Assembly (NCBI GenBank): GCA_964016885.1
Contig: OZ024750.1
Coordinates: forward strand, 14,384,001-14,448,000
DNA: 64,000 nucleotides
Direction of reading: 5' to 3'
Source of the DNA: Eledone cirrhosa
Taxonomy: Eukaryota
Shown: positions 12,963 through 23,463 of the stretch, piece by piece
How the letters are laid out: every line of letters starts with the position of its first letter
Position numbering within the stretch: the stretch's first letter is position 1
Made by a program: the position numbers and the translations under genes
The notes under the pieces: generated by a model
The model's database searches: none
Seen by the model: only the letters and a program-made list of their open reading frames with translations
What the model was told of the DNA's origin: nothing

Positions 12963-13882
12963 CTAAAAGAAGAAAAGAAATAATAAGCAAAAGCATTCCA
13001 AACATTATATGAATTACTTAAACTATTTCTTCAATCTGCCACTTTTTTGTTCCAGTTTTTGGCTAGGGGCATGCACTTGGTTAAGAACATCTCTAATAAT
13101 AAACAATTCTATAAATTTATTTCAATATTTAATATAATCAACTTTATGATTCATTCCACTGCATCACTATTAAGATAGCCTCCCACCATTACTCAACCAC
13201 AAAACCATCTCAGAAAAATACAATCTCATCACCACACCAAGTCAATCCTCAAATAACTAATTCTTATTTTTAAATCTCTCTAAATATATACTTTAATGGG
13301 CTTATCAGCTGCTCCCTAATTTCAACTTCGGTTCTATACATATTTTAATTCACTCCCACTTTCCTTTCCTATTTACTTCCTTTGTTTTAATCTACTTATT
13401 CAGTTCAGACACATCATCATCATTTTAATGTCTGTTTTTCCTGTTAGTAAGGACTGGATGGGTTGTCATAGACCAAGCCAGTACTTAATCAGAACCACTA
13501 AAGCTCTTCCTATCACCAACCACTTTACAGAGTGTACTAGGTGCATTGTTTCATGTCACCAACACTACAGGCAATGTTGTACCTTTGAAAACTGAGGAGT
13601 CCTCTCAACCCTATCTGACATGGTTTCTACAGCTGGATGCCCTTCCTATCAACAACCACTTGATAGAGTGTATTGGGTACACCAGCACTACAGCAATATT
13701 TTAAATATTTATGTTAATTATTTACCACTCTGATTCTCCCCTTCCCCCTACCTCCCCTTCCCCCTACATGTATCTCTCAGTATCTACATTTACCTGATAG
13801 CCTTGCAACCACATATTAGTGAACCATTTAGGGAACAACATGGCTTATTCAGTAGCAATAAAGGCAATCCATCTTGGTGCCA

Positions 13883-14100
13883 CATCATCATCATCACTGT
13901 TTAACATCCATTTTTCCATGCTAGCATGGGCTTGACAAGTTGTCCCGTTGTGAGACAAGCCAGATCAGATGACCGTATCTTGCTCATACAGAACTGTTTC
14001 TGGCTTGGTTTCTATGGCTGGATGCCCTTCCTAATGCCAACCTTATTTACAGTGTGGACTGGGCGCTTTTTGTTGCAGCACCTACATGACCACTTTACAT
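13883..14100 (-). mobile_element. RTE 3'UTR fragment
   Basis: catcatcat...tttccatgctagcatggg...ggatgcccttcctaatgccaac. Other tail-only copies at about 440-485, 783-930, 7290-7590, 11760-11828, 13413-13690, 15997-16044, 23545-23650, 56500-56690 and 60610-60675. Confidence 0.8.
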
Positions 14101-14933
14101 ATGGTCATAAATAGAAAGGGAAATTAGAGAGCTATTACCAATGGGATGAGCCTGCAAATATAGATAGTAGCGGCACATATGAATCATGGAAGCAATGCAA
14201 TGAATTTAATATGTCCATATTATTAAGTCGTAAGAGTGAGAAAGAAGTAAGGTGGGTGAGACAAGAGTAATGTGTTATGCATAACAAAATAAATTACTGA
14301 AGTTAAGTTTCTACAAAAGGTTTTATAGATATTACTCTAGTATGTAAACATCCACAACAAATGTTTCTGTTTTACTTACACATATACACCCACATGAAAA
14401 TGTTTAAACACACATGCATACAAATATTTATACACAGATATATATATAAACATCTTCATAGACATATATCCATACACATTTACCCATACAAATATTTACA
14501 CACACACTTAGGTATCAGTAAAACATCACTTGAGTTGTCCTTACATAAATTGTTTTGTTGAACAAACTGATTAGCGACAGCTTTGATGAGGGCAGCCAGA
14601 TAGACTTCCAGAGTTGTTGATGAAACCCTTAGAAACTTAGCATGAGTAATAAATGGCATTTTTCTTAATGTTCTACCACTCAGACCATAACTCTTCAGAA
14701 TAGTAAATAACCAGTCCTTGGCTGAGGGGGGACTCAGTGAAGGCAACCCATCATGGTGCTATGCCTATCCCTGGCTGAGGGATCTCTCATTCCAGTAAGA
14801 CAATATCTTTCATACTAATGTAACTGGTACACCATTGGTTACAACAAGTATTCCAGTTGCTACAATTAATGGAACAGCCTGCTTGTGAAATTAACCTGCA
14901 AGTGGCTGAGCATTTCACAGACACGCATACCCA

Positions 14934-15700
14934 TGGTTTATATACAGCAGGAGTACAACTGATTTATATACAATAGCAGTACAAGTGATTTATACACAGC
15001 AGCAGTACAAGTGGTTTATACACAGCAGCAGTACAAGTGGTTTATATACAGCAGCAGTACAAGTGGTTTATATACAGCAGCAGTACAAGTGGTTTATATA
15101 CAGCAGCAGTACAAGTGGTTTATACACAGCAGCAGTACAAGTGGTTTATACACAGCAGCAGTACAAGTGGTTTATACACAGCAGCAGTACAAGTGGTTTA
15201 TATACAGCAGCAGTACAAGTGGTTTATATACAACAGCAGTACAAGTGATTTATATACAATAGCAGTACAAGTGATTTATACACAGCAGCAGCACAAGTGG
15301 TTTATTATACAACAGTACAAGTGGTTTATACACAGCAGTACAAGTGATTTATACACAGCAGTACAAGTGATTTATACACAGCAGCAGTACAAGTGGTTTA
15401 TATACAGCAGCAGTACAAGTGGTTTATATACAGCAGCAGTGCAAGTGATTTATACACAGCAGCAGTACAAGTGATTTATACACAGCAGCAGTACAAGTGA
15501 TTTATACACAGCAGCAGTACAAGTGGTTTATATACAGCAGCAGTACAAGTGGTTTATATACAGCAGTACAAGTGATTTATATACAGCAGTACAAGTGATT
15601 TATATACAACAGCAGTACAAGTGATTTATACACAGCAGCAGTACAAGTGGTTTATATACAGCAGCAGTACAAGTGGTTTATACACAGCAGCAGTACAACT
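14934..15700. repeat. 26-bp minisatellite
   Basis: gtggtttatatacagcagcagtacaa, about 29 copies with some 23-bp variants. Confidence 0.95.
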
Positions 15701-16043
15701 GCTGGTACTGCTTACATTGCAGTAAAATAGTGCACAGCAGCCCTCGACCAAACAGAGACACAACATATCTAAGGCATTGGGTCAGTGGGGAGCATCCAGT
15801 TATGTGAATAATTACCTTGGATCTGCTGGGTAAGAAGTGATCTGATGTTATACAACAATAAACAAACAACACTTACTGGTTAGTTATGTTTCAGGGGACT
15901 AAGTCAATGTAGAGTACAACACATCTAGAATATACACCACCATCTCAATATAACTATCCTTCCCACCAAGTACAGACTAACACAAAGTATATATATATCA
16001 TCATCATCGTTTAACATCCATTTTCCATGCAAGCATGGGTTAG

Positions 16044-16107
<64 letters not shown>

Positions 16108-16158
16108 ATATATATTTATATATATATATGCGTGTGTGTGTATATATATATATATGCA

Positions 16159-16189
<31 letters not shown>

Positions 16190-16192
16190 GCA

Positions 16193-16227
<35 letters not shown>

Positions 16228-16228
16228 G

Positions 16229-16292
<64 letters not shown>

Positions 16293-16346
16293 CATGTGTG
16301 TGTGTGTATATATATGCATGTGTGTGTGTGTACACACACACACACA
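16044..16346. repeat. Compound (TG)n/(TA)n microsatellite
   Basis: Read directly from the sequence. Confidence 0.95.
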
Positions 16347-17420
16347 CCAAAATAGCAGCAGGACCCATAAACTCTGTAGTCTCAATGGGATGCAGCTATG
16401 CTAGAGATAGGTACAGAAGAAATGCAACTGTCATTTAGATAGAAATTAACCTGTTTTATAGAGTGCACACAAATTTTGTTAGCCAAGTGTAATTACTACA
16501 TTATTCCAGATAAGAATGTTGAGGTTATAACTAACCTAGTTGTTTGAAGTTTTCAATTCAACACACACACACACACATTATTTTAATGAGAGGTTAGAAC
16601 GTTAACAGTAAATTACTAGCATTGTTCAAGTTGACAAAGATTTTCAAGGCAATAGAAGCCAATTACCTCAAGTTCAAAAATAAAACAGTCACCAGAAAGA
16701 GAAGTAAACAATCACTTGGGCCCAAAATAACTATGAAAATCTATCCACAAATTCTCATGTCAAATCTTAACTCTCTTCATACCAAACTACCTGAAACTGT
16801 CCCTGATTCTAGAATATGAAACTATATATTTTAAAGTGTTTATATTTATCTACAAGGAGATAAAATAGCAATTGTAAAGATTAATGGAAACTTTGTTTTC
16901 TTGGTCCGATTTAATGAGTTCCACACCACTGAGTAAGTGAATAAAGCCCGATAATATTGCCAATTGTATCCATAAAAATATCTAAAAATCGTTCATCATA
17001 ATTTTATTTAAAAACCTTTATTATGTTCCAAACATGAACTTAATAATGAGAAGATGAGTTATATTACTAAACCTCTCCAAATTCTTGATTATTTGAAAAA
17101 TTATAGGCAGTGCCTTTTATTAGAAATCTGATAAAGAAAGGGTTAAAATCCACAGAAAAGTGAAATAACAGTTTTTTAGATAAGCTATCTCAAAGAATTG
17201 TAATGATTAATAATGTAAATTTCAGGATGTTAGTACCATTGACTCTCACACACAATTTAAAAGGTAAAATTAAACAGATTTTTCATTCATCTACTAAATA
17301 TTCAACACTGGCAATCGTGAGAAGAATGGGTTTTGTCCATAGAAATATCGATGTAAATGCACATATATATACATGCAGCAGTGATAAGTAATTTAGCTGA
17401 AGAGTCTTTGACTGAACACA

Positions 17421-17481
17421 ATTCAAGTACACAATACAGCCCTGTCATTTTGAATGACAGGGCTGTATTGTGTACTTGAAT
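17421..17481. repeat. Perfect 29-bp inverted repeat with 3-nt loop
   Basis: attcaagtacacaatacagccctgtcatt-ttg-aatgacagggctgtattgtgtacttgaat. Confidence 0.95.
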
Positions 17482-18039
17482 ACCATCTGAAACTACCCAA
17501 TGTTTATCTTTATATCAAAACCTTTCATCATATTTTAGAAATTTTTGTTAAATAATGTTCTAAATATCAGCTTCCTAATGAAGAACTTGGTTGTTTTATT
17601 AAATTCCTCCAAACTTTGGCTATTCTCTGAATTTATTGGAACACATATGCAGTGCATTTCATTAGAAATACATTAACAACATAGGTAATGAGTATGGTGG
17701 ATTCTGTAGTGTAGGTTATAGCTTTGGTATGTAAAATAAGGACGAATCAAGTCTCCTGGAGTTCTATGATGCAAATAAGTTTACAATTTGTACAAACTTG
17801 CAACACAAACAAACCAGCTACCAATTGATCAAAAACAACTATTCTCACTAGGAAATGGGATAGGCAGATGGTTGTAAATGCTAAGTATTTCCCTAATGAA
17901 GAATGCACCACCAAATATAAATTAGTGATCAGTAACTTCAGAGTAAGAGCTAGATAGATGCAGAAACTCAAGATATGGAAGCTTAAAGAGGTATTGAAGT
18001 GCCATAAGATTATAGATGTACTAGCTTTTTTTCCATTAT

Positions 18040-18252
18040 CCTTTTAGCATTTACTCTATATATACTATTGTATTTTCACAGTAAACACTTTACCTAACAT
18101 AATTATCTCACATAACATCGAATCTATGAGATTTTGATATTTATTTTGAGAAAAATACCTTAACATCAGTATGAGCGGCCGGTTACAGCTGGTTTGAACA
18201 GAAGGAGGTGAAAGAATTCTGGCCGGATACAACCGGTTTAACGGCTAAAGGG
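18040..18252. mobile_element. piggyBac-type MITE, same family
   Basis: Homologous body and TIRs. Confidence 0.8.
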
Positions 18253-18560
18253 TTAAAGGAATTGGAGTCTTCACAGAGAACAACTGGACATTTTTACAAG
18301 ACAGATGGTGATATGGTAGTGGAGACTATATTGAAGGTAGAGTCATAAAAGCTAAAACAAAACAGGCTTGGAACATTTGTAAGACAGAGACAGCAGGGAA
18401 CAATACCAAATAACTTACAGAGCAGCTAGATGTTAGGTTTACTTGGCAAGAGTTAAAGTTAGGAAAAACATGAGGATAAACTGTAATTATCGTCATTGCA
18501 ATATTACGTAAGGTTTCTAGCTATCTATATCTTTCTAAGACTGTCAAACATTCTGTTTAT

Positions 18561-18651
18561 AATAATAATAATAATAATGAAATTATTGTGTACAGTGCTC
18601 AGGTGCACTACAACTCATCAAAGGTGCATGTATAGTACATAGAATAATGTA
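18561..18651 (-). mobile_element. Very short CR1-like 3' end
   Basis: (AAT)n-gaaattattgtgtacagtgctcaggtgcactacaactc, essentially identical to 44658-44748. Confidence 0.8.
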
Positions 18652-20064
18652 TTATCTGTCTTTCTATATTTGTGTCTAATTATCTATATGTATCTACCTG
18701 TCTTTGTACCTATGTCTATTCTTCTGTATATCTATATATATATATTTAGCTGTCCCTCTGCCTTTGTATCTATCTAACTACCTATATGTCTGTTTGTCCC
18801 TCTGTTTCTATGTCTATATCTATCTGATTATTAAAATGAAATTTAAAAGCATGATGAAAAATTTTCTGAATTTTCAGATAAAGATTAAAAGTAATGAAAA
18901 CTTTAAGAAATGAATGTATATATCAGTAATGAAAGTATTGTTCCCTTCTTTTCCATGTAATTATAATAAAGTACAGTTGAGAGAAAAAAAATTCAATTTC
19001 TTCAATATAATTGTAATCTAAATTTTCGAAAATATATCTCTGCAAAATTTCATTTAATAATATGCTTCAATAAGAAATTTATGAGGGAAACAAGTTTAAG
19101 ACAAAGAAACTTTGAAAAAAAATCTAAGGCCTTTTTGAACAGCAGAAGTGTCTTTAATGGCAATAGCAACAACAACAAAAGCAAAAATAGTGCTCACATA
19201 CATACATATGCTTTGTCTAGCAGAATTATAAGTGAAAAAAAAAGAAAAGTTTTACCCGTATTATTTCAATAGGATGATTTTAAATATGGGCATACCGAAG
19301 CCTCCGAGCAAACTCTGTCTTCTTATCAAATGTTTAGTTTGGAACTGAGACAACAAAGCTGACGCACCTACACCTCATTAAAAGTGTATAAAACATGCAT
19401 GACAGCAGCTAAATAAAATTTAGTTATTCAATACATAAACCATTCTGTTCAAAGCCAAATAAAATGCTGTAGTTCATAAGAGAGGGAGGTATATTAATTG
19501 AAGAGAAATAGGGGGAAGAATATAGGAAACAATCAATAGGCACTTGATGAAAATGTGAGCAGAAGCTCATCACATTAAATCAAATAGAATATCCACAGGA
19601 CTTTAAATTTTCTGGTCACATGCAAAGAATGGTAAGTAGAATATTTAAGTGCAACACAATCCAGTATGAACAATGACAAGCAAGCAGAGACAACCTGGGA
19701 TACTTTAAGCTAATCTAAGCAGTGAGCTCTTACTTGTGTAGAAGTAGGAACCCTAATCTAAACAGTAAGTTCTCACCTGCATGGAAGAGGGAACCTTAGA
19801 TATTCTCTATGGACTTTTTAAAAATAATCCTTTGTTTTAACTATACACAAGTGTACCCATGTCTTGAAAAATGATGACAGTTTTATTAATTATAGAGAAA
19901 AATTATTTTTTGAATTTTGTAAACTGGAAATACTTGCTATAATTTATAATATAATGTATCATAAGACTTGTTAATTAAGCAAAACCAAAACCACACTCTC
20001 TAATAGCACAGAGTGCTGATATTGGTACCTTCCTCAATAAATCATGAATCTACTGAATCACCCA

Positions 20065-20140
<76 letters not shown>

Positions 20141-20149
20141 TTCGGATCT

Positions 20150-20196
20150 AGCTGTCGAAATGGCTGGAGCTCAGCCGTCAGGTTCCTGGCTCTTTT

Positions 20197-20198
<2 letters not shown>
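20150..20198 (+). ncRNA. Possible 3' half of a hammerhead ribozyme
   Basis: C-GAAA-TGGCTG-gagct-CAGCCG-TC forms a stem III hairpin with a GUC triplet; the CTGANGA box is absent, replaced by (TA)n. Confidence 0.4.
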
Positions 20199-20235
<37 letters not shown>

Positions 20236-20445
20236 AGAAGTGAACTAACAGCCAAAGTGTATGATAAAGTTATATCTGCATAAATACAGAGTGTATAACC
20301 GAGACAGCACCAACATGTATAAATATATACACATATCTAATATATAGGCATGTAAACATACCAGAAAATACGAATTTCCCTGTAAATTGAAAACATATTA
20401 AACACCTTTAATCCATTTTCATATTTAATTGAACCCTCATAAGGT

Positions 20446-22599
20446 GTGTATATTGTATATAATAATAACTTACTAGAGGCGACGGATGAGGTTTGTGGCT
20501 GGAGTAAGACCTCAAGCAGGAGGAGAGTGACTTGGTGGTGGAACAATAAGGTAGATGAAGCAGTCAAGGCCAAGAGACAGGCATGGAAAGAATGGAAGAA
20601 CGGGGGGAGCAGGGTACATTACATAGAGACCAAGAGGGAAGCTAGGCGACAAGTATACTTAGCTAGGAGGGAAGCAGAGGATAGAAAATTCAAGCATGTT
20701 TTACAACGTGAGGACCAGAAACAGGAGGTATTCAAGATTGCGAGGCAGTGTGTCAGAGATAGTTGTGATGTCATTGGAGAGAAGTGTATCCGGAATGATA
20801 AAGGTGAGCTTGCCCTCACAAGTGCTGAGAAGAAAGATGCATGGAAGAGTCATTATGATAGATTACTAAATGAGGAGAATGCATGGGAAGAAGAGACCCT
20901 ACCCCACGTAGACCCTATAGAGGGACCAGCAGTACAACTCAGCGGCAGCGTAGTAAGTAAGGCAATCAGAGATATGAAGATAGGGAAGGCAACCGGTCCA
21001 TCGGGTATAGCTGCCGAGATGCTGAAGGCATCTGGGTCTGTAGGTCACACTATAACCACACGTATCGTTAACCAGGTAATACTAGAGGGGGCCATACCAA
21101 AAGATTGGTGCAGTAGCATCATTGTCAACTGCTACAAAGGTAAAGGCGATGCACTAGATAGAGGAAACTATAGAGGTATAAAGTTGATGGACCAGGTCAT
21201 GAAAGTAACAGAAAGAGTTATAGCACAGCTGATTAGGGACCGGGTGAATATAGACGAGATGCAATTTGGGTTTGTACCAGGGAAAGGCACCACTGATGCC
21301 CTCTTCCTTGTGAGGCAATTACAGGAAAAGTACCTAGCTAAAAGTAAGCCACTCTACTTGGCATTTGTCGACCTTGAGAAAGCCTTTGACAGAGTTCCAC
21401 GTGCAGTAATCTGGTGGGCTCTTAGAAAACTAGGAGTAGATGAATGGCTTGTGAAAGCGGTACAAGCCATGTATAGGGGAGCAGTCAGCAAAGTTAGGAT
21501 TGGCAATGAGTATAGCGAGGAATTTAGCGTACAGGTTGGGGTCCACCAGGGCTCTGTTCTTAGCCCTCTCCTGTTCATCATAGTCCTGCAGGCAATAACG
21601 GAGGAGTTTAAGACCGGATGCCCATGGGAACTCCTGTATGCTGATGACCTCGCACTCATAGCTGAATCTATGGTAGAACTAGAGAATAAATTCCAAACCT
21701 GGAAGCAGGGACTAGAGAGAAAGGGCCTCAAAGTCAACATGACAAAGACTAAGGTCCTTGTAAGTAGACGAGAAAACAGAACCCAGATCCCCTCAGGGAA
21801 ATGGCCTTGCTCAGTATGTAGGAAAGGTGTAGGTAGAAACTCCATTCTCTGCCCCAAATGCAAACAATGGGTACACAAGAGATGTAGCGGGATCTCAGGA
21901 AGCTTAATTAAGAATGTAGGATTCACATGCAGCAGCTGTGCTGAAACAGCAAGCAAACAGCCACAGGAAACAAGTACCACCAATCTCTGGGAGGGCCCTG
22001 TAGAAACAGTAGACAGCTTCTGCTACCTAGGTGACCGAATTAGCAACGGAGGTGGGTGCTCAGAAAGTACAATAACTAGGGTAAGAACGGGATGGAAGAA
22101 GTTTAGGGAACTACTACCACTGCTAGCTGCAAAAGGCTTCTCCCTCAGAATGAAAGGCAGACTGTATGATGCGTGTATCCGAACAGCGATGTTGCATGGT
22201 AGTGAGACCTGGGCGCTGAAGGTGGAAGACTTACGTAGATTAGAGAGAAACGAAGCCTGCATGCTCCGATGGATGTGTAACAGTAATATACGTGAACGAC
22301 AAAGCATAAAGGAATTGAGAGAGAGACTGAGCATAAGAGGAATCAAATGCTGCGTGCAGGAGAGGCGGTTACGCTGGTATGGACATGTGATGCGTATGAA
22401 GGATGACAGCTGCATAAAAAGGTGCAGAGCACTAGAAGTTGATGGAAACCGCGGAGTGGGGAGACCCAAGATGACTTGGGATGAGGTGATAAAAGCCGAC
22501 CTTACCCAACTACACCTCTCAAAGTCAATGACACACGACCGTGACTTCTGGCGTCACGCAGTAATACAGGGTACCCGACCTCCCATGGGTACATGCTGA
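20446..22599 (+). CDS. RTE reverse transcriptase ORF (partial) with internal PHD-type finger
   Basis: 717-aa ORF in the track; homology starts near NLLEATDEVCGWS; the annotated start codon is not authentic. Confidence 0.9.
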   Translation: MYIVYNNNLLEATDEVCGWSKTSSRRRVTWWWNNKVDEAVKAKRQAWKEWKNGGSRVHYIETKREARRQVYLARREAEDRKFKHVLQREDQKQEVFKIARQCVRDSCDVIGEKCIRNDKGELALTSAEKKDAWKSHYDRLLNEENAWEEETLPHVDPIEGPAVQLSGSVVSKAIRDMKIGKATGPSGIAAEMLKASGSVGHTITTRIVNQVILEGAIPKDWCSSIIVNCYKGKGDALDRGNYRGIKLMDQVMKVTERVIAQLIRDRVNIDEMQFGFVPGKGTTDALFLVRQLQEKYLAKSKPLYLAFVDLEKAFDRVPRAVIWWALRKLGVDEWLVKAVQAMYRGAVSKVRIGNEYSEEFSVQVGVHQGSVLSPLLFIIVLQAITEEFKTGCPWELLYADDLALIAESMVELENKFQTWKQGLERKGLKVNMTKTKVLVSRRENRTQIPSGKWPCSVCRKGVGRNSILCPKCKQWVHKRCSGISGSLIKNVGFTCSSCAETASKQPQETSTTNLWEGPVETVDSFCYLGDRISNGGGCSESTITRVRTGWKKFRELLPLLAAKGFSLRMKGRLYDACIRTAMLHGSETWALKVEDLRRLERNEACMLRWMCNSNIRERQSIKELRERLSIRGIKCCVQERRLRWYGHVMRMKDDSCIKRCRALEVDGNRGVGRPKMTWDEVIKADLTQLHLSKSMTHDRDFWRHAVIQGTRPPMGTC

Positions 22600-22907
22600 A
22601 GCATATAAACAATATGCCCCCCCCCCCCCCCTCCACCGCAAGGTGGCCGTGGAGGTGCCACGGCAAAAAAGCACCCAGCCCACACTGTAAAGTGGACGTG
22701 TAGGCGCCACGAAAAAGCACCCAGCACTCACTGTAAATGAGGTTGGTGTTAGGAAGGGCATCCAGCTGTAGAAATCAAGCCAGATCAGTTCCTGTATGAG
22801 CAAGGCATGGTCAGCCGACCAGACACTGCCCACAACAGGACAACCCGTCTAACCCATGCTAGCGTGGAAGAACGGACGTAAAACGGTGATGATGATGATG
22901 ATGATGA
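20462..22907 (+). mobile_element. RTE-clade LINE, 5'-truncated (no endonuclease), with 3'UTR and (GAT)n tail
   Basis: Uninterrupted ORF with RT motifs QFGF, FVDLEKAFDRV, GVHQGSVLSPLLF and LYADD, RTE C-terminal RLRWYGHVMR...GRPKMTW, then a 3'UTR ending gatgatgat. Confidence 0.95.
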
Positions 22908-23175
22908 ATGAAAATATTGTGTACAGTGCTCCGGTGCACTACAACTCATCAAAAGTATGTATAGTACATAGGGTAATGTACAAACGTCAGGAAAATGAAC
23001 AGTGCATGAGTCATGATATACACGTGTATGTGTATGGAAGGGGGACATCAGGTGTAGTTTTAGCGAATTTCGGGAAGTATGAGGGTTTTAAAGGATGCAG
23101 TGTCTCGGCAGCTAACAACTGACGCAGGCAATTTGTTCCATGTTTCAGCAACTCTGAGCGTGAAAAATGTTTCAT
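22908..23175 (-). mobile_element. CR1-like LINE 3' end
   Basis: Reverse-complement match to about 49110-49380. Confidence 0.85.
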
Positions 23176-23274
23176 GGGTGTGTGTGTGTATATATATATT
23201 TTGATTATGAGAATATTTTTTATTTATTAATATTTTGAATAATATATATATAAAAATATTCTCATAATCAAAAT

Positions 23275-23343
23275 ATATATATTATTATACATATTTCAAA
23301 GGTACAATGGTGTTTAAGTACGTTTTCATCAGACAAAATATAT
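23275..23343 (-). ncRNA. Type I hammerhead ribozyme motif (slightly decayed)
   Basis: Minus strand reads atatattttgt CTGATGA aaacgtac-12 nt-gtaccttt GAAA TATGTA TA ataatatatat; all core residues are present and the stems pair. Confidence 0.65.
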
Positions 23344-23422
23344 GATTTGATATGTGACATACCGCTACGGTTTTGATTATTCAATTCCAGTTGAGTAATC
23401 AATGAACCATATTAATCTTTGG

Positions 23423-23463
<41 letters not shown>

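Noticed and set aside
14985-16438. Overlapping QQQYKWF, CVCV and HTHT ORFs
   Set aside because: Mini- and microsatellite translations that are open in several frames.
17398-17420. CTGAAGA-gtc-ttt-gac-tgaac hammerhead-like start
   Set aside because: The GAAA box is absent and the register is wrong; there is no stem I or III.
19254-19375. Alternative Rabin8 upstream exon (donor ttcg|gtatgc at about 19295)
   Set aside because: No clear acceptor or phase-compatible coding frame; it cannot be supported without transcript data.
21354-22469. Long antisense ORFs over the RTEs (also 41559-43688)
   Set aside because: Shadow frames of the RT ORF with no independent motifs.
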